From a virus (Duplodnaviria; Caudoviricetes): a stretch of 40,085 nt of DNA. Position 1 is the first letter of the stretch. Each line of letters begins with the position of its first letter. The stretch is taken from IMG/VR virus record IMGVR_UViG_3300020151_000179, positions 1 to 40,085 of that record; one strand, 5' to 3'. Position numbers and translations under genes: made by a program. Positions 6,796 through 16,100 of this stretch are shown piece after piece. The notes under the pieces are model-generated. The model worked only from the letters and a program-made list of their open reading frames with translations, was not told the origin of the DNA and searched no databases.

Positions 6796-9687
6796 ATGCT
6801 CACATTTTTGCAGGCAGTTCTGCCGGTCACGGGGAACTACGTAGTACACATAGAAAATAAAAGTGGTGGCGGGTTCCACAAAAACCTCCACGCAGACACT
6901 CTCACCGATTTCGTAACACAAGCCCACGCCCTAGACGCTGACCCGGACATCACGGTGTTCCATGCGCTGGGGGCATTTGAGAACAACCTTTCCCCCGGCA
7001 TGAGACCCGGCGTCACGAAGGTAGGTCGCACGTCAGCGATGGCTGCGCGGTTCAAGACGCTGGCGTTCGACGTTGATCCGACGGACAGCCACAAGAACGT
7101 GAAGTACGAGAGCCAGAAGGCTATGGCCCAGACCACGCTGGAGGCTTGCCAGACCATCGGGCTACCTGATCCTGTGTTTGTTAGTTCCGGCAACGGGCTG
7201 CACTGCTACTACCCCCTGACTGCCGAGATCAGCAAAGACATGTGGGTGCGTATTTCCACGATGCTGAAGAACGCGCTGTTGTCCACGGGGATGTCGTTAG
7301 ATGCCACCAAGGTGTGCGACCCTTCAATGGTCCTGCGCCCTGTCGGTACGCACAACAAGAAGAAAACAGGGTTCAAACAGGTCACGCTGTTGTCCCCGCT
7401 GGCGTTGTTTGACCCGCTTGACCTCGCGCAGAGGTTGATGGCGTACGCTCCGTCCCGCGCCGTCTCGGTACCCGGGGTTAAACCCAAGCGGACCTCCGCT
7501 GTGATGGACGCGATTCTGGCGTCCACGGAGTACCCACCGTCTGACGGGGCGTTGGTCGCCCAGAACTGCGCACAGGTAGGGGCCATCGCTAACTCCGGTG
7601 GAGTAGTGGGGTATCCGCTGTGGTGGCTCGGGATGGGGATGGCTAAGCACTGCATCAACCCTCGGGAAACGGCACACGCATGGTCAGACCAAGACCCGCG
7701 ATACACGCCCAAAGGCACGGACGACAAGTTCGACTCGTGGACTAAGGGCCCGCCCACATGCAAGTCGTTCGAGCTTGTGGACAGCGCGGTGTGCGCCGCT
7801 TGTCCCCACCGGGGGAAGATAACATCTCCGATACAGCTGGGGGTGGTGGCGGTTAGCGACCCAATGCCCGTGGTTGCTGGCGCGGAGATGAAACTCCCAG
7901 CCGGGTACATGCAGAGGAACGGTAAGCTGTTCCGCGTGGTCGAGGGGGAAGCCCAGTTTGTCAGTGACTACCTCATGTTCCCTAGCGTCAGGTATAAGGA
8001 CGAGATCACGGGCAAGTCGATGTGTCTGGTCGAGGTCAAGCTGCCCAAAGAGGGGTGGTCCACGTTTCAGCTGCCCATGGATGCTCTGGCTAAGTCGTCG
8101 GAGTTCCTGTCGTGGCTGATGAATAACCAGCTGTTCGTGTCGAGCGATGTAACCCTTGGGAACATGAGGAGATATATGCTTACGTATTTGCAGGAACTGC
8201 AACTGGAAACTGAAAGCGGTCTGATGTGCAGCACGTTTGGGTGGACCGACGAGGACGCGACAAAGTTTGTTCTGGGGGACCGGGCAATATCGAACGAAGG
8301 TACGACAGGGGTCCGTCTGGGACCGGGCGCGGCGGATATCGCCAAGTTGCTTACACCCAAGGGGGACCTAGCGGCGTGGGTGAACGCGTCCGTCATGTTC
8401 AACGAACCCGGCATGGCCCTGCACGCTGTAGCGACTCTGGTGTCGATGGGCTCCCCGTTGATGATCGGGTCGGGGCTAAGTTCGTCATTGCTGAACGTCT
8501 ACTCGGAGAAATCCGGCACGGGCAAGACCACGTCGGCCCTCTACGCGCTGAGCATGTACGGGGACCCAGAGCGGATGAAGCTGACCGTGAAGGACACGGA
8601 CAACTCGCTGTTCAAGACCATGGGCGTGTACGGCAACCTCCCGGTGTACATCGACGAAATCACGGAAGTGGACAGAGACAGACTGGCGCAGATCGCGTTT
8701 TTCATCACGCAGGGGCGTGAGAAAAAGCGCATGACGAAGGAGGGGGGGTTTCAGGAATCGGTGGAGTGGCGCAGCCCGGCCACGTCGACGTCCAACAAGA
8801 ACATGTACGAGCTATTGTCTAACAAGATGTCGTTCGAGGGGGAGGCGATGCGTATCCTCCAGTTCACCGTGCATCGCAACGCGCTGTTCAACTCGGACGA
8901 CGGTAGCCGGTTCGGGTACGACATGTCCCTGTTCCTTAAGCGCAACTACGGGCTGGCCGGTGAGACGTTTATCATGGCGATTCTGGCGTTAGGCGGACCG
9001 CACGTTGTGTTCAGCAGGGCCCGGAACGAGTTTGATAAGAAATTCAAGTTCTTGTTCTCTGGTAAGGAACGGTTCTGGCAGGCCAACTTTGTCATCGCGT
9101 ATGCCGCCGGGAAGATTCTCACCGCGCTGGGGCTTACGAAGATGGACTACGAGGCCCACATCCGTACGGCTATTACCGAGGTGGTGCGTCTCCGGGACGT
9201 GCTGACTGAGTCCCAGCAGGACTGCTTCGACATCATCGGCCAGTACGTTGGTGAATTCGCGGGCAAGACAGTGGTGTTCAGGAAGAACACGGCGAGCACA
9301 GGCAGCAAAGGGGCAGTAGTCAACCCTCCGCCGCACGAGGCTGTGGCTCGTGTGGAAGTCCTGTGCACCAATCTTAATCCGTATGTGTCCGGTCGTCTGT
9401 TCATCAACCAAGCGCACTTTAACCAGTGGGCGCACGACAAGGGCGCTGACCGTAGCGGCACTATGACCCAGCTGATCAACCACGGAGTGACTATCCACAA
9501 GGACCGCCGGGTGGCTCTGATGCGCGGCACGGACAAGCCGCTGCCCGCCGTGCGGGTCTACGAGATCGAGATGACCCACCCCCGGTTCCTGACCATAATG
9601 CAGCAGCATGACGTGGGTATCGCCCCGCCCGAGCCACTTCGTATCGTCCCGTCCATAGGAGTTTCAGATGCCGCAGAATCTAGTTGA
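6796..9687 (+). CDS. Primase-helicase (N-terminal primase domain, Cys-rich linker, DUF927-like region, P-loop NTPase)
   Basis: FDVD and SSGNGLHCYY primase motifs, VLRPVGTHN, CxxC-rich linker, FGW...FVLG, Walker A SGTGKTT, Walker B YIDEIT. GGAGG RBS. Confidence 0.88.
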   Translation: MLTFLQAVLPVTGNYVVHIENKSGGGFHKNLHADTLTDFVTQAHALDADPDITVFHALGAFENNLSPGMRPGVTKVGRTSAMAARFKTLAFDVDPTDSHKNVKYESQKAMAQTTLEACQTIGLPDPVFVSSGNGLHCYYPLTAEISKDMWVRISTMLKNALLSTGMSLDATKVCDPSMVLRPVGTHNKKKTGFKQVTLLSPLALFDPLDLAQRLMAYAPSRAVSVPGVKPKRTSAVMDAILASTEYPPSDGALVAQNCAQVGAIANSGGVVGYPLWWLGMGMAKHCINPRETAHAWSDQDPRYTPKGTDDKFDSWTKGPPTCKSFELVDSAVCAACPHRGKITSPIQLGVVAVSDPMPVVAGAEMKLPAGYMQRNGKLFRVVEGEAQFVSDYLMFPSVRYKDEITGKSMCLVEVKLPKEGWSTFQLPMDALAKSSEFLSWLMNNQLFVSSDVTLGNMRRYMLTYLQELQLETESGLMCSTFGWTDEDATKFVLGDRAISNEGTTGVRLGPGAADIAKLLTPKGDLAAWVNASVMFNEPGMALHAVATLVSMGSPLMIGSGLSSSLLNVYSEKSGTGKTTSALYALSMYGDPERMKLTVKDTDNSLFKTMGVYGNLPVYIDEITEVDRDRLAQIAFFITQGREKKRMTKEGGFQESVEWRSPATSTSNKNMYELLSNKMSFEGEAMRILQFTVHRNALFNSDDGSRFGYDMSLFLKRNYGLAGETFIMAILALGGPHVVFSRARNEFDKKFKFLFSGKERFWQANFVIAYAAGKILTALGLTKMDYEAHIRTAITEVVRLRDVLTESQQDCFDIIGQYVGEFAGKTVVFRKNTASTGSKGAVVNPPPHEAVARVEVLCTNLNPYVSGRLFINQAHFNQWAHDKGADRSGTMTQLINHGVTIHKDRRVALMRGTDKPLPAVRVYEIEMTHPRFLTIMQQHDVGIAPPEPLRIVPSIGVSDAAESS

Positions 9688-9925
9688 CCGCTTGACCAGC
9701 CAGCTTGCTGCCAAGGGCGTGAAGGACGCCAAGGGCGAAGCTATTTCTATTCTGAAATCCCGGGGTCACTTGGACGACTCGGGTGCCCTGACGAAAGAGG
9801 GGGCCAAACGTCAGGCCATGGGGCCGGATGGACGCGCAATCGACCGCGCATCCAAACTATCCGGCAAACCTGCCTCGGCCTACAAGTACGTTGCCAAGAC
9901 CAACCAAGCAGTACTGAAGAAGTAG
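9668..9925 (+). CDS. Small basic hypothetical protein
   Basis: 85 aa, AGGAG RBS, last gene of the + arm. Confidence 0.7.
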   Translation: MPQNLVDRLTSQLAAKGVKDAKGEAISILKSRGHLDDSGALTKEGAKRQAMGPDGRAIDRASKLSGKPASAYKYVAKTNQAVLKK

Positions 9926-10174
9926 CTATTTCATCCCAGCAGTCTTAGTCCGGGCGAATGACCGGTTGGCGCTGGCGGACACCACGCGCCGGTTGCCCTT
10001 GTCGTTGCTGCCGCCTTTGATCAGCGGCTTGATGTGGTCGATGTCCTTGCCGTCCCCCTTGCGCACCTGCCCAGCCGCCATGGCATCACGCCGTGCCGCG
10101 TTACGAGCCACCCTGTTGCGGATCTGCTCAGGTGCGTTTTCGTACTGGGCTTCCTTCTTGTAGTCGCGGGCCAT
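9926..10174 (-). CDS. HNH endonuclease-like protein
   Basis: DIDHIKPLIKGGSN...NRRVVSASANR motif. Start taken as ATG 10174 (MARDYKKE) with AGGAG upstream. Confidence 0.85.
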   Translation of the reverse strand: MARDYKKEAQYENAPEQIRNRVARNAARRDAMAAGQVRKGDGKDIDHIKPLIKGGSNDKGNRRVVSASANRSFARTKTAGMK

Positions 10175-10175
10175 C

Positions 10176-13100
10176 CTAATCTCCTTTGTTTTTGACGCGC
10201 TCAATTTCGGCCTTCATCCGCTCCTTGATCGCGGCCTTGGTCTCGGTTAGCTCCGCCGGTTTACGGTTCGGGAATCGTAGGGCCTCACGAGTCACCGAGG
10301 CAAGTTCTTTCTTGTACTCCATCTCGATGGCCTTGACCGCACGGGACTGCGTGAGCGCCGCTTCGGCTACGTCGATCTGCACCAGCCGGATACCTACCAA
10401 GCTACCCATTTCCAGCGCGGTGGAGAACTCGTGCCCCAGCGGCCCGCGCTTGTCATCCCAGATCCGTTCCTTCGCCCGGACAAGTTTTTTGACGTCCAGC
10501 GCAGGCGGGGCCATCTGCCCTTGCATGTACATAGCGCGTTTCTTGAGCGCGTCCATCTGGGTGTCGGTGTCCTTGCTGATCTTCTGGCCGGTGAACGGGT
10601 CCACGTTGAACACGGTGGCACCCAAGGCCGAGATCAGCGGGCCGTTGGGGGTGAACTGCGACGGGAACCACTTCTGCCCGAGCACCGGGTTGCGGCCGTC
10701 GGACTGTATCAAGTCGCCAAGCGGCACAAAACCGCCGAGCTTGAAGTACACCGGCTTGTTGCTGGTGCCGAGTCCGGGAACCTGTATGTACATGTGCGGG
10801 CCGTAGCCGAACAGCCGGTCATTCATGTAGGTCGGCAGAGCTTTGCGCTTACGCTTGTCCTCTTCGCCCCCACCCGTCATCGCCACAGCCATCGCGTCGA
10901 TCAGGGCCAAGGCACTCACCAGTCCGGCAACCTTCCACGGTTTGCGAATCGCCAAGGTCATAAACGCGGGGATCGCCCGGTACGGCCACGAGATGAACGG
11001 CAGGATCGTCTGCTTCATGGCGTTGATGGCGCGAGCGTGGATGTTGTAGTCGAGGAACTCCTCAGCCGCCGCCTTTCCCGCTTCCATCAGTTCGTCTTTG
11101 GTTAGCTTGGCACCGCCCTTGGCCGCTTGCAGGGAAGAGGCTTTGGACGTGAACGCTGCCAGACGGAACGCGTTGTCTTCCGCCGCGTAGAGTTCTTGCG
11201 CGAAGTTGTCGAGCCACAGGGCCTTGTCTTTGCCTTTCGTGCCCCATTTGATGACGAACTTGCCGATGGCTTCCGCCTTGGCCCGCTCGTACATGGCCAT
11301 GGCTTCCGTGTCGCCCCACAGCGAGGGCTTCTTGCCGAGGGCTTCCACCGACGCTTCCGACAGGATCGCCCGCAGTTCCACGGAGGAGTGGTCGGCAATC
11401 ATGGCCCCCGACGCAACGAAGGCACCGTACAACTCCTGCTCGGGGATAGTAAGCCGTTCGGGGTGGACAAGGGCTTTGTAGTACAGGCGGACGCCCTCGC
11501 CCACGGAGTTTGCCGGGATATCGTGCAAGTACATCCACGACAGGTTAGACCCGATGTTGACGATGTGGGTACCGGGGGAGAACACGGTCTTGGCTTTTTT
11601 GAACCACCGGATGACAGTATTGTAGGCCGGGATGTTGATGACGGGCTGGTTGTGGTGAATATCCTGCAGCGCAGACCACACGCTGCCGTTCACGTACTTA
11701 CCCGCCATCGTGCCGTACGCCCGGGACGTCTCGGGGATATGCACCCACTGGTCCGACTGACGCAGCTTATTCTGCTCCAAATAGGACAGGGAGTCGATGT
11801 CACCCACGTTCCGGATGGTCAGCACGGTCGGCGCGTTGATGCCCATACGAGGGTGGTCTTTCGCTAGGGCTTCCCGCGAGTCGTACACTAGCCCGGCTTC
11901 TTGGCCGAACTTGATGGTGCCCTGCGCAAACCGCCCCGAGGACACGATCCTCCCCAGCTTGTCGACCGTATTCCTCATCGCACTGCCGTGCGTGGCCAGC
12001 TTGCTGTACCGGTTGGCCTCGGCGTACGACACGTTGCTCGTGAAGATGAGGTGCCCCGTGGTGGTGGGGTCGGGTCCTTTGAGGAACCACCCGGTCATGC
12101 GGTCAATAGTCTCGTTTGACCCGGCTTGGTGCTGGCCTGCTAGATCCTCATGGACGAACCCGCTGACGTACGAGCGCATCTCCCCTTGGGGGCCGGTGGG
12201 GAGCTTCTCCATAATGCGAAAGAACCGCCCTTCCAGTGCGTTGGGCAGACCGAACACGTTCGCCCGGTCGATGGAATTCCTGTTGTCCGAGAGGAAGTGC
12301 CCAATCGGCACCGTGCTCATCCCGCTGCTACCCACTTCTTTCTGGTCCCGGACGTAGATCAACAGGTCGGAAATCTTGGCCGTGTCGATCTTCGTACGCA
12401 GGGCGTCTCGCGCATCGTCCTTCATGGTGGCGAATGAAACGTAGTCCCGTACAAGCTGGCGGAAAGCGACCTTAAAGTTGTCAGCCAGCAGCTTGGCGTT
12501 TGGCGCGATCTTGGTGGTCTTGTCGTCCAGATAGTCCATGATGGATTGCTGGTCCGCCTCGGGCATGTTTTGCATGACCGCAGCCAGAGCGTTGGCTTCG
12601 TGCTTGGGCGGGTTGCTCTTCAGCTTGGTGTAAGTCCACGAGTTGATGAGGCTCTTCGGCAAACCAAACTGCCAGTCAAAGTACCGGGCCATGTTGGCAG
12701 CGCGGGGAAACGCATTGGCAAAATCCTCGGCCTTAGCGGCCACGTACAGACCCGCACGATCCACTCCCGCAGTCCACCCGGCGAACGCGCCGAACCATGT
12801 CGTGCGCTGGTATCGCGGGTCGAAGTCCGGCACCGACGCCGGGTCTAGGGCTTGGCCCGGGGCGGGGAGGGCAGGGGCTTCGGCGTCGAACCCTTCAGCA
12901 CTGTTCGTGCTGCCTTCAGCATCTTGGGGGGAAACTTGTCCGCTGGGTAGTACGGCTGCTTTTTCATTGGCGTTGTCCAGAAATTTAGCGGTTAGCGGAG
13001 CGAGCGTCCGCAGGAGGTTCCTCGCTTGGTCGCCGTAGGACCAGATGGCCACGGCCTGCGCGAACATCTCACCTTCAATGACGGAGGCGAAAAGGGAGTG

Positions 13101-16100
13101 GTGAGCGCCCCCCCGTGGATAAGACCCCAGCCCGGGCGTTGCGCTCCACAGGTTGTCGCGTGATTCGCGGCTCAGTGGGTAGTCCAGTATTCCCGCCAAC
13201 CCCGGGTGTTTACGGCTGGCGTGTAAGTCATACAGTTCTTTCGCCACGCCCCCGTCTGGCGCGATACGGGCTACACCGCCCGGCTCGGTGTAGATCGCAC
13301 GCATCTTCCACTCGGGCTGGTCCGCCACAGTAATGTTGAAGTGGTCTACCGCGTGGCCCATCTCGTGCAGAATCGAGAACAGGGGGCCGGTCTCTTGGTC
13401 GAACAGAAAGGAGCCCAGAAGGATGTGTACGTTGTCCCTGTCCCGTGGGTCGAACTGCGCAGCCGCACCGTTCACCAGTTCCCCGCCAAGGGACTCGTAG
13501 TCCGCGACCCCGATGTAGTCCACGTTACGGTACGCGGACATAAGCAGGGGAGTGGCCTTGATCTGGGCCAGCAGTTCCTTGATCTCCGGGTGCTGCAGTT
13601 GTTTCTCGGTCAGCCGCAGGTCCGGCCCGGGCGAAACCCCCAGAGCGCTAAAGGCCCGCGTTAACGCTACTTCCCCGAAGCCAAAGGTGCGCGGTACAGG
13701 GTGTATGGTGCCGTCCGAGTACACGACGTACTCGTGGCCGAATCGCTCCCCGTGGATGGTGCGCTCTCGCCTACTCACCGCGCCCCCCGTCCTGATGGCC
13801 TCGCCCCACTTGCGCTGGACTTCCTTGATCTCCGCCACCCAGTCAGAGGGGTACTTGGTAGACCCGGGGTTTTCTACACGGCTGAACCGTTCGATCAGGT
13901 CCGCGTCGTCTATGTTGGTCGGGGCTTCGGAGTCGAACGAAATCTCTGCCTGCCTCGGGCCGAAGGGCATCCGTTTTAGCGTGTCTGAGCGCACCCAGTC
14001 AGTCAGTCCGAACGGCGCGGTCAACGGGCTCAACTTCACGGACTGCCGGTTCACGAGATCGTCCTTGCGCGACACCACCCGGTACTCGCGCCCGTTGTAG
14101 TCGATGCGGGCCCCGATGGACAACTTGTTGTCCTTGACGTTCCAACCGCCACCGCCCTTGTACTTCGGGCTCATGCGGTTCTTTAGTTCGATTGCCTCTA
14201 CGGCATCGCGGGTCTCTTGCTTGGTGGTCTTTCTGTCTGCTGGGGCTTCGGAGTCGAACGAGGTGTCTTCTCGCTGCTCGGCCTTTCGGCTGGCGGGACT
14301 TTGGCCAGTATCTTTTCGATCTGTGCGTCGATTGCTTCGATCTCCGTTGGATCGCTCAGATAACTCCGTGTTGTCCGTGCGATTATTAGCGCGTCCATCG
14401 GTCTCGGAAGAGCCCGTAATAGGGTTTCCGAATAGTCTTCGTTCGCTGTCGGGTTTTTGGTTGAGGTCGTCATAGATGTCCTTGTAGTCCGTTATTACCT
14501 TGTTCATCGCCTGAATGGCACGGACGAACCCAATCGGGTCGTTTATGGTCAGTTCACCGAACAGGTTTTGCATGGTGGCCATGAAGTCATACCCATGGTC
14601 CCCGGCGCGGTAGTGCGCAAACTCATGGACCGTGGTCCCGATCATCCCCATGGCCACGTTCTCGACGCTGGCGTCTGACCCTCCCGGGCCCATCGTACTG
14701 GCGTCACCCCTGTTGCTCTCAGGTAGGATAGACGCTATGGCGGGGTTGATCAGCACGGCACGGAAGGGGATATTGCTGTGCGTACCGTACAGGTCGTACG
14801 AGCCAAACAAGTTGCCAATGGGAATCTTCTCGGCCCCCTCAAACCCGGGGAGGGAGGACACCTGCTCGCGGATCGTTTTCATCACACCGCCGAGACTGGC
14901 CAGATACAGCCCGAACCGCTTGCCAAACTTGTCTTTTCCGTACACGGACGGCTTCACCCACGTCTCGTTGCCGTTGGCGTCTTCGACGCGATACTCCAGC
15001 CCTTCCTGTAGCAGCTGGTCGTTCGGGTTCAGCAAGTCCTGATCTATTTTGAACTGCCCGATGTCGGGGGGCCTGTAGGCTTCGATCTCGGCCTTGGTCA
15101 TCTCGGGGATGCTCTTCCCGTCGATCATCAGCCGCCCGTCCACCACGGTAACATTCGAGTTGTCAGGGATAAGCAGCGCCTCGGCCTTGACTGCGTCGCT
15201 CACCTCCGGCACAAGGCTGACGGAGTTTTCTATCCTCCCATCCGGGCGGACCACCTTCAACATGCCGTAGTCGGTCACATGCTTGAGGGTTTCACGGAAC
15301 CCGAACATGGCCCCGATCATCGACTTCACCCGGCCCATGTCCTTCTCGCCTTTGGCCGTGAACGCTTCGCGGCTCCGCCCGATGGGGTACGACGGAGACT
15401 GGGCCTTAACTTTACTGCGGATGTTGATGAACACCTCGTACGGTATGGCAGGGTCCCACATACCTGCGCCGGGGGGCTTGATGATTGTGTCGAACTGCCA
15501 CACACCGTACGACAAGACGTGAACTACTTTTTGCGATGAGTACGTTACTTGTTCCTTGGAGACAAGAATGTCCGCTTCTCCCCATGCGGGCATGATGACG
15601 GTCTTCAGGGGGACGAACTTGTCCTTCGGGAAGTTCTTGCCGATAGGGAGCACATCCCCGTTCCACGTTACCTCTATGTTTTCCAGCACGGGACTGTGCT
15701 CAATCGCCGGGATGGGCATCCAATCCTTCGGCATCTCCACCTTGGTCACGATCCCATCGTCGTCGGTGGACGTCTCGGGCATCCTGACTTTAACCGTGGT
15801 GCCGTTCGGATCAGAGGTCTTGAACCGCTTGATCTGGTCAGCGGGGAACTTGGTGTTCTCCGGGTCGCCGCCAAAGGCCGACATGGTGCGCCGTACGTCC
15901 GCACCCGTGGTCTCCACCACGACCTTTACGCCATCGCGCACCGTGGTCAGCCAGATTTTCGAGGCAGCAGACAGGAACTGAATCTTGGCGATCCCGAACC
16001 CGCCGGAGGGGCGCTCCGTTGGCTTCTCCGTCCCCCCCAGCGTGAAGAACGCTTTCTGCACGGTCTCGAAGGACATGCCGACCCCGTTGTCCTTGATCTC

